64,000 nucleotides of DNA, taken from NCBI GenBank assembly GCA_965228855.1, contig CBDDIJ010000002.1, positions 704,001-768,000 of the forward strand. The letters are read 5' to 3'. The notes under the pieces were generated by a model. It was not told the origin of the DNA. It did no database searches and saw only the letters and a list, made by a program, of their open reading frames with translations. A program made the position numbers and the translations under genes. Positions 20,986 to 32,029 of this stretch are shown here, piece by piece (positions within the stretch are counted from its first letter, which is position 1; each line of letters opens with the position of its first letter). Origin of the DNA: Candidatus Obscuribacterales bacterium (GTDB lineage Bacteria; Cyanobacteriota; Vampirovibrionia; Obscuribacterales; Obscuribacteraceae).

Positions 20986-22758
20986 TCACTTCGTGATGAC
21001 GAACTTGTCGATCTCTTTACCGCTCATGTCGATTTGCCTGAGCGTTGCTGTACCCCCATCGATGTCGCAAACCGTGAAGGAATGCCGATCGCCGATGAGT
21101 TTGTGGGTAAACGGTTTCCACTCTTCCGTCCGCCAGTGGATGCCGGAAGGATCGAGCTTGGCGCCGCCAGCGCCCGTGGTGACGTAGATGACGCCATTGG
21201 GCTTGGTGACGGTTTCGCCATCGTAGGTTTTGTCGAGAGCGAATTCGCCGCCAACATAACCGTCCTTGTCGATCACCGAACCGTCAGGCTGCACGTCCAC
21301 CTTGAACTTCAGCGGGAAGCTGCGCTCGTAGTAGTGGCAGTGACCGTTGAAAACAACGTCCACACCGTACTGCTGAAACATCTCGGCGAGGAGTCGCATA
21401 CGCTTCTCCTGACCGTGTTTCGGGTTAGACGAAAAACCGGGTTGATGGAAGTTGACGAACTTCCACTTGTACGACTGCGCACCGGCAAGCTCCTGCTCAA
21501 CCCAGTCGCGAAGCGCCTTGAGCGTCCAGTCCATGTAAGCGTTCGCATCCAGCACCAGCCAGAAAACGTCGCCGTTCGGGAACGAGTAGTTGCCCATGCG
21601 CGGAAACCGCTCACCTGCCACTGCGAGAAACCGCTTGATGCGGTCCTCGGTACCGCGAAGCTCGGGAATGTTCTTCGAAGCGCGCGGGTCGACGAGCGGA
21701 CCATTGAGCGGCAGCGACCAGTACATGAAGTGCGCGTGCAGGTCGGGGTAGACGTCGATGAGCGGCGTCAGGAACCACTCCGTCTTGCCGACGCAATGAT
21801 TGCCCAAGGAGGTGAACGTGAGGACCTCCGAGAGGAGCGGCGCGCCGACTCCCGGTTCAACCACACGTGAGTTGTAGACAGGCAGAAAGCGCCTCAAATA
21901 CTCCGAAGCGCGACCGTGCATGTAGACGACGTCACCGGTAATGCAGAGCAGGTCCGGCTTGAAGTCGGTGTAAATCCGGTGCGCAATTCGAGTCGATTCG
22001 ACCGAACCGTTACCGGTGTCACCGACAATCACAATTCGATGAGGCGTGTCCTTCGGCAGGCGAGCTCGCGCCTCGGCTTCGAAAAGGACCTTGCCGCCCT
22101 GTGTCACCCAGTACTTGAACTTCTCGCCAGGCTTGAGGCCACTCACGGTGTAGGCGAGCCGGCGATGCGGTGGAACACCCTCCAGACAGACCGCCGACGC
22201 AACCGGCTCCGAGACGGCGAGTTGCCGGTCGGAGAAGGCGCCGACAGTGAAGCCATGCTGGTCGGGGTGCGGGAAAAACAGGATCTCGACGCAGTCGAGC
22301 CGCGTCTCATCCTTGCCGATCTGCACCATCGGCGGGACCATGAAGGGACCCTCCGGTCGCGTCCAGACCGGGGCAGGAACCGGCGGTTCGGTATCGGCCT
22401 CGTTTTTCTCCGGCTTGTCGGGCGAATCGTGATACACGACATCACCACCGGCAGTGCTCGACTTGGCGGAACGCGAGACACCGTCACCGGAACGCCTCGG
22501 GCGCGGACGACCATCGGGGAAGTGCGTAGCGGTGCCGGACGGCTCACGCCACGTCGAAAAATCAGGACAGCCGCAGGTTTCATGGCCGGAGCCATCCGAC
22601 CTGCGAGAATTATCTGTGGAAGGATCGCGGGTGCTGCCGCCTCCGTCGGAACCAGTCTTGGAACCGGTTCCGGATTTCCGAGTCTTTCTCCAGACCCAGA
22701 ACAGGAAAGCAGCGTTGCCCACGAGAAGCAAGATGTAGAGGGCGATGCTTTTGCCCAT
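20986..22758 (-). CDS. Membrane-anchored purple-acid-phosphatase-like metallophosphoesterase
   Basis: GDTG, GDVVY, GNH, FHQP, GHCHYYER. Confidence 0.9.
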   Translation of the reverse strand: MGKSIALYILLLVGNAAFLFWVWRKTRKSGTGSKTGSDGGGSTRDPSTDNSRRSDGSGHETCGCPDFSTWREPSGTATHFPDGRPRPRRSGDGVSRSAKSSTAGGDVVYHDSPDKPEKNEADTEPPVPAPVWTRPEGPFMVPPMVQIGKDETRLDCVEILFFPHPDQHGFTVGAFSDRQLAVSEPVASAVCLEGVPPHRRLAYTVSGLKPGEKFKYWVTQGGKVLFEAEARARLPKDTPHRIVIVGDTGNGSVESTRIAHRIYTDFKPDLLCITGDVVYMHGRASEYLRRFLPVYNSRVVEPGVGAPLLSEVLTFTSLGNHCVGKTEWFLTPLIDVYPDLHAHFMYWSLPLNGPLVDPRASKNIPELRGTEDRIKRFLAVAGERFPRMGNYSFPNGDVFWLVLDANAYMDWTLKALRDWVEQELAGAQSYKWKFVNFHQPGFSSNPKHGQEKRMRLLAEMFQQYGVDVVFNGHCHYYERSFPLKFKVDVQPDGSVIDKDGYVGGEFALDKTYDGETVTKPNGVIYVTTGAGGAKLDPSGIHWRTEEWKPFTHKLIGDRHSFTVCDIDGGTATLRQIDMSGKEIDKFVITK

Positions 22759-22876
22759 AGCGTATTTCTCCTCGTCAGCAAAGCGGCACGACATGAGTCG
22801 TTGCCGTCTCATGCATGCGGTTAGTGAGAGTGAGGCGCCGATTCGGGGAGCCACCACCAGCGGTGACAACTCCAAG

Positions 22877-24241
22877 CTACGAGATGGATGCCTGCACTTT
22901 GACTTCGAGCGAAGTAATCGTCTGGCCTTCCTTGTCGAGAACCGTCAAGGTATAGCCGGACAGCGAGATTGAGTCGCCGATTTTGGGCGTGCGCCCGAAC
23001 TTCTCGACGAACGTGCCGGCGAGCGTGATGTTGTAGCCGTCGAATTCGAGCACTCTGGTCGAAACCTTGCTGAACTCGAACAGCGTCACACCACCGGCGA
23101 CTTTCCAGGTGTTCTCCCCGGTTTTGACAATGTCGCGCTGCGGCTTGTCGTACTCGTCCCAGATGTCGCCGACCAGCTGTTCCAGCAGGTCTTCGAGGCA
23201 GACTATGCCGATAGTATTGCCGAACTCGTCGGCAACCATCACCATCGAAAGCCGCTTGGCGCGCATGTCTTCCAGAAGAGTACTGGTCTTCATCGTGTCT
23301 GGCACGAAGTGGGCCTGACGAAGCAGATGAGACAGATTGAACGACTCCTGCAGCGCGGTCGGGACCGCTTTGGCACCACCTCCGGAGGCAGCGTACCGGC
23401 TGAACCAGACATCGAAGAGGTCCTTCGTGCCCAGGATACCGACGACTTTGTTATCGAGCGAATCGAAGACCGGCAACTTGCCGTGCTTCGTCTCCACGAC
23501 AACACGCATCACCTGAGCGAGCGTGAAGTCGTTTCGGAGGTATTGGACCTGTGTCTTCGGACGCATCACGTCGCGCACGGTAAGCGCACGAAGTTCGAGC
23601 GCGCTGACCAGTAGGTCCGATTCCTGCTTGCCGAGAGTCCCTGCCTTAGCGCTTTCCTCCACCATGATTTGGAATTCACGCGCGGAAGGATGACGCTGTT
23701 CTTCCTTCTCGTTCTCGAATCCCATGATGCGAATCGCAAGATTCGACAAGAAGTTCATGACCGAGAGGAAAGGGCTGGTCAGTTTGCAGAACAAGCGGAA
23801 CGGCAATCCGAGCCGCAGCAACGTCTTCTCCGGAAAACGAATCCCGATGAACTTCGGGACCTGCTCTCCGATGATGATATGCGCACCGCTCAGCAAGGCG
23901 AACGTGACCACCAAACCGACCAGATGCGGCACATGCGCGTGCTCGAAACCTGGTATCGCATTCAGTGCCATCTCCAGCGCCGCCGAGACAGCCTTCTCAC
24001 CCATCGCGCCTACGACGAGGCTGGCGAGCGTGATGCCCAGCTGGGCGCCGGCGATACTGTTTTCGATGTCCTTCTGCAGCGCAGCCAACATGGGCGCACC
24101 GTAGGCACCGGACTTGACCATTTCTTGAACGCGACTCTTGCGAAGCCGAATAACAGCGAACTCGGCAGCCACGAACAGACCGTTGGCGATGATGAACAGC
24201 GCCACAATGCCAAGCCACATGAAAATAGAGCCCGTGCTCAT
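22877..24241 (-). CDS. Hemolysin/CNNM family protein (DUF21-CBS-CorC)
   Basis: FVAAEFA, AQLGIT, GEQVPK, DEFG..GIV.LEDLLE.LVGDIWDEYD. Confidence 0.93.
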   Translation of the reverse strand: MSTGSIFMWLGIVALFIIANGLFVAAEFAVIRLRKSRVQEMVKSGAYGAPMLAALQKDIENSIAGAQLGITLASLVVGAMGEKAVSAALEMALNAIPGFEHAHVPHLVGLVVTFALLSGAHIIIGEQVPKFIGIRFPEKTLLRLGLPFRLFCKLTSPFLSVMNFLSNLAIRIMGFENEKEEQRHPSAREFQIMVEESAKAGTLGKQESDLLVSALELRALTVRDVMRPKTQVQYLRNDFTLAQVMRVVVETKHGKLPVFDSLDNKVVGILGTKDLFDVWFSRYAASGGGAKAVPTALQESFNLSHLLRQAHFVPDTMKTSTLLEDMRAKRLSMVMVADEFGNTIGIVCLEDLLEQLVGDIWDEYDKPQRDIVKTGENTWKVAGGVTLFEFSKVSTRVLEFDGYNITLAGTFVEKFGRTPKIGDSISLSGYTLTVLDKEGQTITSLEVKVQASIS

Positions 24242-24618
24242 GTAGTCTCCAAGGTGTTACTCGGGCGTGGCAGGCGGTTTTACATCAACCGGACATCCAC
24301 TCCCGTCAACATGAAGAACGCTCGATCGCCGTCACTGCTCGCTGGAAGCATAAGAGATTGAGGTATTCGTAAAAGTAATCAGTTCTCTGAGTAGAGATTC
24401 AGTCCAGTGTTTGGAAAAAAATAGGCCAGGTAAATCTAATAGCTCTCTAGCGGCTATATCAACAGCTACGTAGAATCTGATCATAAGTGCTTTATAAGAA
24501 AACGCCGAGACGTAACAACCTCACGCAGTTAGTACTAACTTTTTCTGTGTTAATGCTAATCTGACTACTCTTCTCGGCAAGCAGATCGGCTGAGAGGAAG
24601 TCATTTATCAGGAGACCT

Positions 24619-25578
24619 ATGTCGAGCTCAATCGCACAGCCACTGGGAAGAATCAGACTCGTCCATGCACCGGAGTACAACACCGACTTAGCCTTATTTG
24701 GTGTAGATAAACCGTTTGCGCTGGATCGCGGCGAATTGGTTTTGAAACAGCTGGCAAATGATTTCGATCAGAAGATACCGGTGTTGCGACCCGAGCCGAT
24801 TTCCGACGATCACATTCTTCTTGTCCACACGAAGGAATACCTGGATCAGCTTGCTGAAACCCAAACTTGGCTGAATATATTCGAATTTAAGAATGAAGAA
24901 TACAAGGCAGACACTGCCAAGAAACCGCTCCCGGAGCTCCTCGACGATATTCGCCTCAAGTGCGGCGGGACACGGCTGGCCTGCGAACTCGCATTGGAAA
25001 CCGGTATGGCAGCCAATCTAGGAGGCGGCTACCATCACGCTTATCCGGATCACGGCAGCGGCTTTTGCGTACTTCACGACATAGCAATTGCTATTAGAGA
25101 CCTGCAACGCAAACTTCTTGTGGAGCGCGTTCTCGTCATCGATCTTGACTTTCATCAAGGCGACGGAACCGCTGTAATTTTTCAAAATGATCCGACAGTT
25201 TTCACCCTCTCTGTCCACTCAAAAGAGGGATGGCCAGACGAAAAACAGGTATCGTCCTTAGATGTGGAAATTGCCGAGCACGAAACGCACGAGTATTTGA
25301 AACGCACGAAGGAAGCCGTTCTTCAATCGTTGAACGATTTCTCGCCAGACCTCGTTATCTTTGTAGCTGGTTCGGATCCTTACGAAAAGGACGTCCTGCC
25401 TGGAACTCGGTTCATAAAACTATCGCTGGAAACTTTACTGGAGCGCGATAAATTTGTCATTAATACAATGGCTGACCGCCAAATCCCGCTTGCCATGGTC
25501 TTCTCCGGCGGCTACGGACCTGATGTTTGGGAAGTACATTACGGCGCAGTTAAACACCTGCTAATCAGAAGCATGTAA
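24619..25578 (+). CDS. Histone deacetylase family protein
   Basis: GGGYHHA, GFC, DLDFHQGDGT, GSDP, GGY. Confidence 0.95.
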   Translation: MSSSIAQPLGRIRLVHAPEYNTDLALFGVDKPFALDRGELVLKQLANDFDQKIPVLRPEPISDDHILLVHTKEYLDQLAETQTWLNIFEFKNEEYKADTAKKPLPELLDDIRLKCGGTRLACELALETGMAANLGGGYHHAYPDHGSGFCVLHDIAIAIRDLQRKLLVERVLVIDLDFHQGDGTAVIFQNDPTVFTLSVHSKEGWPDEKQVSSLDVEIAEHETHEYLKRTKEAVLQSLNDFSPDLVIFVAGSDPYEKDVLPGTRFIKLSLETLLERDKFVINTMADRQIPLAMVFSGGYGPDVWEVHYGAVKHLLIRSM

Positions 25579-26194
25579 GCGCAGCTTGCTGAGCCACTTT
25601 ACACACGCACTGCAATTAACAGCAGTTTATTTAAGAAGACAACGAGAAGAGATTTATTGTCAAGCAGACATAAAACCTCACCCATAAAACCAAAGCACTG
25701 GTTGTAAGGAGACGCTCTGTTTTGATAGCTTCTCTATATACGTTTTTGTAACACAACTCAAAGGTCATCGGACGGGATAAGTAATTAGATAGCGAAATTC
25801 GAGAAGACATCGCGAAGGTTTTCGTGAATCGACTCAAACCGCTCTCCACCCCGTTCATCCCCGAAGAGCACTTGAAGCGAGATCGCACCGCCTCATCGGT
25901 GAATACTCGTGCGTGTGTTTTATTCAGCGTTCGCAAGCAAATCAGCCGATGTCGGTTGCACTCTCGAACGTCTTGAAACGCACCGGACGGCACTCGCTCC
26001 GAATGCCGCTTTCCAAGCCTCTTCACAGCAAGATAGTCGTACGGAGTTGGAAAACTCTTTGCGATGTGACGTACAGAATCGAAACGTTCTCGTTGATCCG
26101 CGTTCGCAAAGATCAGCGCTCTCTTGCTTTCCTCTCGATAGAAAAGCTGGCACCAGGACTTAGTTTTGAGGCAGCCAGCGAGGAAAGGTTCTCT

Positions 26195-27757
26195 ATGTCT
26201 GGAGAAAATAAAAGGCGACTGACGACCCCGAAGTCGCGAGTAAAAGTTCACTTACTTGGGTCCGCCGGCGATGTCACCGGCTCGCTTATCTTGTTCGAGG
26301 TCTCCTCAGAGCAAGCTGTCATCAGGTTCTTGCTCGAAGTGGGCTTGCACCAGGATGACGACAACATCAACCGCTGCCATCGGTTGCCGAAAGGTTTGAA
26401 AGCGAAGGACATCAACTTCGCAATCATCTCGCACGCCCACATCGATCACTCGGGATACCTGCCGAAGCTCATCAAAGACGGCTTCACAGGCCCCGTGTAC
26501 ACGCATGCGGCGACGAAGGATCTTCTGCGCTTCCTGCTGCCGGACTCCGGAAATCTGCAAGAGCGTGCGGCGGAACGCGAGAATGAGCGAAACGGTTTCA
26601 AAACCGAATCAGGCAATGCACGCGCCACCAAAGGCGGTGCCGGGAATAGACGCAGCGCCAGAAGCACCACGTCCGGTGGCGCCACCAACGTCCGCGTCTA
26701 CCCCCTGTACACCGCTGCTCAAGCTCGTCGCAGCCTGGACTCCATCAAGACGCTTCAGTACGATCGCCTCTACAAACTGGCCGAAGGCGTCTCGTGCAAA
26801 TTCACCGAGGCGTCGCACATCCTCGGAGCGGCAGTCGTCACGCTGGTTCTCGGCAGCGGCAAATCGAAGAAGACGGTTTGCTTCACCGGCAACGTCGGAC
26901 GCAACGGCATGCCGTTCCTCAAGGACCTGACGCCGGTTCTGGAGGCGGACTACATCATCACCGAGTCTACCTACGGCAACAAGCTGCACGCTCAGCGTGA
27001 CCGCTTGGCTGTCCTGGCCGGCATCGTCAACGACGCCTACAAGCGCGCCAAGCGACGCGACCCGAAAGAAGGTTGCGGCGTAATCGTGCTGCCGGCGTTC
27101 GCGGTCGGTCGCGTGCAAACCGTAGTCTATGACCTGGCGCGCGCGATGGAGAAAGGCATGATTCCGAACATCCCGGTCTTCCTCGACAGCCCGATGGCAG
27201 TCGAGGCGACCAAGGTGCACCGGAAGCACACCAATCTCTACAACGACGAAGCGAAGAAGCTCGTCGCGCGCGGCATCGATCCATTCAGGACGCCGCAGTA
27301 CGTGGAGTGCAAAGGCTGGGCCCAGTCGCGCGCTCTGGACAAGCCGGCAAGCGAACCGATCATCCTGATCGGCTCGAGCGGCATGGCTGCGGGTGGTCGC
27401 ATCCTCGGTCACATCGAGAAACGTCTCGATCGCGCCGAGAACACCATCGTCTTCGTCGGCTACCAGGGAACTGGTGCGCTCGGTTACACCCTCGTCAACG
27501 AGAAGCCGAGCGAGGTCACGATTCACGACAAGGTCGTGAAGGTGCGCGCCAAGATCGAGTACATGTCCGATTATTCCGGACACGCGGACTACGCTGAAAT
27601 CATCGACTGGCTGAAGAAATTCCGCCGCAAACCCAAGAAGGTTTTCCTCGTGCACGGTGACTCCGAAGCGCTGACCGCGTTCAAAGGACACATCGGCGAG
27701 GCACTGCCCGACTGGAATGTCGTGATTCCGCAACCGCGAAACTGCTTCGAACTGTAA
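26195..27757 (+). CDS. MBL-fold beta-CASP ribonuclease family protein
   Basis: SHAHIDHSG, HILG, ESTYG, PAFAVGR, SGM..GGR, SGHAD, LVHG. Confidence 0.93.
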   Translation: MSGENKRRLTTPKSRVKVHLLGSAGDVTGSLILFEVSSEQAVIRFLLEVGLHQDDDNINRCHRLPKGLKAKDINFAIISHAHIDHSGYLPKLIKDGFTGPVYTHAATKDLLRFLLPDSGNLQERAAERENERNGFKTESGNARATKGGAGNRRSARSTTSGGATNVRVYPLYTAAQARRSLDSIKTLQYDRLYKLAEGVSCKFTEASHILGAAVVTLVLGSGKSKKTVCFTGNVGRNGMPFLKDLTPVLEADYIITESTYGNKLHAQRDRLAVLAGIVNDAYKRAKRRDPKEGCGVIVLPAFAVGRVQTVVYDLARAMEKGMIPNIPVFLDSPMAVEATKVHRKHTNLYNDEAKKLVARGIDPFRTPQYVECKGWAQSRALDKPASEPIILIGSSGMAAGGRILGHIEKRLDRAENTIVFVGYQGTGALGYTLVNEKPSEVTIHDKVVKVRAKIEYMSDYSGHADYAEIIDWLKKFRRKPKKVFLVHGDSEALTAFKGHIGEALPDWNVVIPQPRNCFEL

Positions 27758-27764
27758 CAAGGAA

Positions 27765-27799
27765 GGGGAGTTGGCCTGGCAAGCCAACCCCCCTTTTTT
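27765..27799 (+). terminator. Intrinsic terminator
   Basis: GGGGAGTTGGC-N7-GCCAACCCCCC followed by TTTTTT. Confidence 0.8.
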
Positions 27800-27817
27800 C
27801 CTCTTTCCTCCAGCTTC

Positions 27818-27968
27818 CTACTATACTAGCCAGTATCGATTCCTGCCCGCAAATCCATCACCGGCGGAGGCTTCGAGGATCTCCCTCCGCTGCAAGTACT
27901 CCCAAAAACCCGTTTTGTCGCTCTACCGTAGACGGAATTTTGGAAATGCGTCATAGCCAGATAGACAC
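27818..27968 (+). repeat. Dispersed element, copy 4 (long arm + core 27915-27968)
   Basis: CTACTATA 97 bp before TTGTCGC...AGACG-N14-CGTCA...TAGACAC. Confidence 0.85.
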
Positions 27969-28213
27969 GAAGCTATCTTTGACTGGCAACACCACACGGC
28001 GGACTAAATGAACGGAAAACATCGGACGCTCCTGACGGAACGGTTCGAGCCATGATATCGCATATGGTGCCAGACCGAATTGCGAAGTCCGACGCAAAAT
28101 GCGACAAGCAGATAGCGCGCCTGGATGTTTTGATATTGAAACTGCAACTCAAAAAACTCTTGACGCGTGTTCGACGAAGCGCCTTCGTTTATATAGATAC
28201 GTCCGAAGCAACC

Positions 28214-28357
28214 TCAGGCGCGACCCTTCTTAAACACCGCGCCGCCAATCGCCATCACGATCCAACCGAGAAGTGGAACGGTCGGCATAAACCCAAAAAC
28301 GTTGCCGCACCAAATAACGGCACCGGCCACGAATATGATTGCGCCCAGAATCTGCAT
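28214..28357 (-). CDS. 47-aa two-helix membrane microprotein (not in the ORF track)
   Basis: RBS GAGG; MQILGAIIFVAGAVIWCGNVFGFMPTVPLLGWIVMAIGGAVFKKGRA. Confidence 0.7.
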   Translation of the reverse strand: MQILGAIIFVAGAVIWCGNVFGFMPTVPLLGWIVMAIGGAVFKKGRA

Positions 28358-28502
28358 AACTCAACCTCGGAAGTTTGGGGCGGTCTCCACTGGTCATAAC
28401 TTACCCGAAGGGCGACCACGCGAACCGCTAATCCGTCAACGAGTTTCGACACCAAATTAGGTAGAAACATTCAGGGTAACACTATGGGATAGAAACAATT
28501 GT

Positions 28503-28774
28503 TTGGCTATCCTGCAATGCCGAATTTTGCAGATTCCGGCAATGCACCGTAGACAACCGACACGGACAAAAGTGCACAAAAGCTCCTAACGACTGCCTGG
28601 ACGTGGTTTCGAGCGAAGATATTTATCATATCGCATAGTAGGAAGAATCGTGCCGAATTTTGCAGATTCCGGCAATGTACCGTAGACAACCGACAAAGTC
28701 AAATGTGCTCAAAGGCTCCTAACGACCACCCGGACGTGGTTTCGAGCGAAGAAACTTATCATATCATATAGTAG
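28503..28774 (+). repeat. Dispersed element, copy 5 (core 28503-28556 + short arm, then partial core + short arm)
   Basis: Boxes end 28641 and 28774, each 85 bp after TAGACAA. Confidence 0.9.
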
Positions 28775-28781
28775 CGCACAT

Positions 28782-28820
28782 AAAAAAAGGGGAGCAGGAA
28801 TCGGTTAGGATTCCTGCCCC
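28782..28820 (-). terminator. Intrinsic terminator
   Basis: GGGGCAGGAATC...GATTCCTGCTCCCC plus T7 on the minus strand. Confidence 0.8.
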
Positions 28821-28832
28821 TCTGATGAAAAG

Positions 28833-30053
28833 CTAGTCGACGTCACCTTCCTCGACTTCCGGCTGAGCCTTGATCTTGGACTCAGGCGGGTCGAGGCACT
28901 CGAACGTCGGCTTCACGAACATGGCAGGCGGCATCGCGATTCGCTCCGCGCCAGGCGCGAAGGTCTTCGTCGAATCAACCTGATTGCTCGAGTTGTAGTG
29001 CTTGATAGACATGACGCTTCCGTCCGGGTGAAGTTCAGCGTCATCGCGCTCGTACGACCAGGCGTTGTTGACGAATGAGATCACCCGATTCGGCGTCTTG
29101 CCATCAGGAGCGATACCAATCAATCGCTTCACTTCATAGATGTACGAGCCGGAGGCGCCTTTGAACTCCTCGATTTTGACGAGACGGAAAGTCGCGTCGC
29201 AAAGAGTCTTACCGCCGGTTATCGCGAAGTACTGCTTGAAGGCAGGCTTCTTGTCGGCGCCGAACTGGATGACGGTCATGCCATCGGTGCCATATTCGAC
29301 GTCGTACTTTGCGGTACCGTCCTTCTCGAAGTAATTCACCTCGATGGAGTAGGAATTCACCTTGAACTCCATGCGGGACGTGACGCCATCCTCGTAGAAG
29401 AACTTGCCGGAACGCGAACCATCGGTCTCATCGACGATCTCGGACAGCACCGTGCCATCCGCCGCATAGCGAGTGGTTTTCAGCGCATATTCGGAAACCT
29501 TTTCAGTCTTCTCGATCAGCTTGCCGTCATCGTTGAAGCTATCCTCACGCTCCAGCTTGCTGTTGTCGTCGAAGACGAGCGTGCGCTGAATGCTGCCATC
29601 CTTCGCGTTGAAGTACAGGGTCTGGTAGCCTCCGTTGGAAAGCCGACCGCCGTTGCGCTCCAGCGAACCATCCTCGCGAAAGACCTGATGGCTCTTGTAG
29701 GACGTGCCGTTGTCCGCGTAAGTCACCAGGCTGCGAAGCTGACGCTTCGACTCCCCAGCGCCAAGCGGATAGAAGGCGCGTGTTTCGATCTTCGCACCAT
29801 CCGGACGATAGGTCGTGAACGACGTGACGCCCGACCGATACTCGATCTGCATCATCTTCCTCGTGACCTTATCGTCCGCGAAATAAACATACCGAATCTC
29901 TTCACCCGCTTGCGGCGGAAGTTCGACCCGGTTCCCCGATGGAGCGGGGAAGTCCCTGGCAATATCGCCGCTGTTGTTCCCACCGCTCAAGGCGAAGAGA
30001 ACAAGCGCGATTGCGACCACCGCCAGCAAAACAAATCCGAGTTTCCTTTTCAT
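28833..30053 (-). CDS. Secreted/anchored beta-hairpin repeat protein, paralog 2
   Basis: N-terminal TM; YRPDG, FREDG, YAADG, YEDG repeats. Confidence 0.85.
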   Translation of the reverse strand: MKRKLGFVLLAVVAIALVLFALSGGNNSGDIARDFPAPSGNRVELPPQAGEEIRYVYFADDKVTRKMMQIEYRSGVTSFTTYRPDGAKIETRAFYPLGAGESKRQLRSLVTYADNGTSYKSHQVFREDGSLERNGGRLSNGGYQTLYFNAKDGSIQRTLVFDDNSKLEREDSFNDDGKLIEKTEKVSEYALKTTRYAADGTVLSEIVDETDGSRSGKFFYEDGVTSRMEFKVNSYSIEVNYFEKDGTAKYDVEYGTDGMTVIQFGADKKPAFKQYFAITGGKTLCDATFRLVKIEEFKGASGSYIYEVKRLIGIAPDGKTPNRVISFVNNAWSYERDDAELHPDGSVMSIKHYNSSNQVDSTKTFAPGAERIAMPPAMFVKPTFECLDPPESKIKAQPEVEEGDVD

Positions 30054-30190
30054 AGTTGAATCCTTGCGTAATTCGCAAACGGAAAATCCTCGACGAGCGA
30101 CCTTGCGAAAAGCCGCTCGCCGAGCTGGCGTTCAGTCAGTCCGGCCGTTTACATACCGGACCAACTCAACGCCACTGGGACAGAGTCCCG

Positions 30191-31720
30191 TTAAAAGTCG
30201 TAGCCCCCGTACCAGTTGTACGAAGGCTGCACCGGCGGCCCGACGACGTTTCGCACATCATCAAAACCGAGCGGCCTGGTCAGGTTAGTCGGAACGGTCT
30301 CCCGCTCGACACCGGTCACCTTCGTGTTCGTCGTCTCGCTCATGGCGTTGGGCGGGTAAACGTAGGTGTCATAGTTGTCGGTCGTGCCGTCCTCGCGAAC
30401 GTTCACAACCTTCAAGAACCGCCCGACGTCGTCGAGATAATCGACTCGTTCGAGCTTACCGGTCTTGTCGTTGAAGCGGAGACGACGGGAAACATAACCC
30501 GCGGCGTCGACTTCCTCGAGCTGCGTGAGCAAGTACTTGTCCTTGCCGTTCGCGTCCTTACCAACCACCTTCCAGGTCTGCCGATAGGCTACCTGAGGGG
30601 TTTTACCGTCGACGGCTTCGGGTTTCTTGACGCCGGCACCGTCGCGATAGACGGTCACTTCCATGCTGTTGTCGTAAGGCTGGAAGACGCGATAGTGGTC
30701 GATCGAGCCATTGTCCTTGAAGTATAGAACCTCGATTCGATACGACCGGTAGACGATGTACTTGAGCGAGCGACCATCAGCCTTGTAGAACTCGATGTCC
30801 TCGTAGCCGGTCTGGTGCTTGAAAGTGCGCCTGGAGCGGATGCCGTCGGAGCCGAAAGTGACAGTGACCTCGTCCCCGTTTTCGGACTTGCGCGTGAGGC
30901 TGTCGGACGGAACACCGCTGACGACACGCATGTAGACGACGTCGCCATCATTGTTGAATTGCTGGACGCGAGCGAGCGAACGCCCGTCCTTCAAATACTC
31001 CAACAGCTCGAACTCGCTCTTCGAACGCTGCCTGCCGAATGCTGCCATCGTGCCGTCTTCTCGGAAGAAGCTCGACCTGACAATGGTTTTGCCGTCGGCG
31101 GCGTATTCGATGGAACGCTTGACCTTGCCGAACTTCGTGGGCGGGTCGTAGATCTTTGCAGTGTAACCGGTCGAGAGGGCCTCCTCCGGCGTCTGCGCAG
31201 ACGGCAGCGGTGCGACACCACCAGTGGTATCGGAACCATTTGCCGGAGCAGCCGTTCCTGAGCTTGAAACAGCAGGCGCGGCTCCCGCGGCAGGCACATT
31301 GGATATTGCGTTCGAGCCAGAAGAAGACGGCGGAGCCGGCGATGCGTTCGGGTCGGCGCTGGTCACCGCGGTCGGCGCAGGAACAGTCGGCAACACCTCG
31401 TGCGGCGGAGCCACAGTCAAGCTCGGATCCGGATACCACTCGGTCAAAACCTTGATGGTTCCGTCTTCGCGATAGAGCGAAATCTGTTTACCACCGGCGG
31501 AATAGAAGATGGTGACACGCTTGAGAAGCTGTGTGCCCTTCCAATATTCGACCTCGCGGCGGTTTTCCTTCTGACCGTCGGCGCGCAGATACAGCTCGCT
31601 GTCGAGCTTCTGCGCAAAGTCGGCGCGGCTTTCCAGATTATCCTTCGAGCCACCGCAAGCGGTGACGAGCAGGAGAGCGAGCGCTACAAAACCTGTCTTG
31701 GTGAAAGTTTTTCGTGACAT
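30191..31720 (-). CDS. Lipoprotein with beta-hairpin repeats, paralog 3
   Basis: Lipobox VTAC; YREDG, YAADG, FREDG repeats; Pro/Ala/Ser insert. Confidence 0.85.
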   Translation of the reverse strand: MSRKTFTKTGFVALALLLVTACGGSKDNLESRADFAQKLDSELYLRADGQKENRREVEYWKGTQLLKRVTIFYSAGGKQISLYREDGTIKVLTEWYPDPSLTVAPPHEVLPTVPAPTAVTSADPNASPAPPSSSGSNAISNVPAAGAAPAVSSSGTAAPANGSDTTGGVAPLPSAQTPEEALSTGYTAKIYDPPTKFGKVKRSIEYAADGKTIVRSSFFREDGTMAAFGRQRSKSEFELLEYLKDGRSLARVQQFNNDGDVVYMRVVSGVPSDSLTRKSENGDEVTVTFGSDGIRSRRTFKHQTGYEDIEFYKADGRSLKYIVYRSYRIEVLYFKDNGSIDHYRVFQPYDNSMEVTVYRDGAGVKKPEAVDGKTPQVAYRQTWKVVGKDANGKDKYLLTQLEEVDAAGYVSRRLRFNDKTGKLERVDYLDDVGRFLKVVNVREDGTTDNYDTYVYPPNAMSETTNTKVTGVERETVPTNLTRPLGFDDVRNVVGPPVQPSYNWYGGYDF

Positions 31721-32029
31721 AAGACTTTTCCTCGCGATGCATTCCTTGCATCGAAGTCAAGGTGGTTTAGTAAAAAAAACTGGCTCAGGGCGTGCACCTT
31801 GGAAGTACACGTCGTGAAACAGCTTTCTTCACTTGAAAGAGAATGCCTGATGTTTCCACCAGGCAAGCCTGTCTGAATGACGGATGAGGTCGCAATTGAC
31901 TTCGCCCGTTAGCGGAAAAAGGCAGCGGCGCCACTCCAATCCAAAACGGGAGTGACGCCGCGCCTGAAACTACAGTCCAAACCGCGTCCGACCGGTCAAG
32001 CGAACCTGACCGGTCGTGTGCGGCTTATC

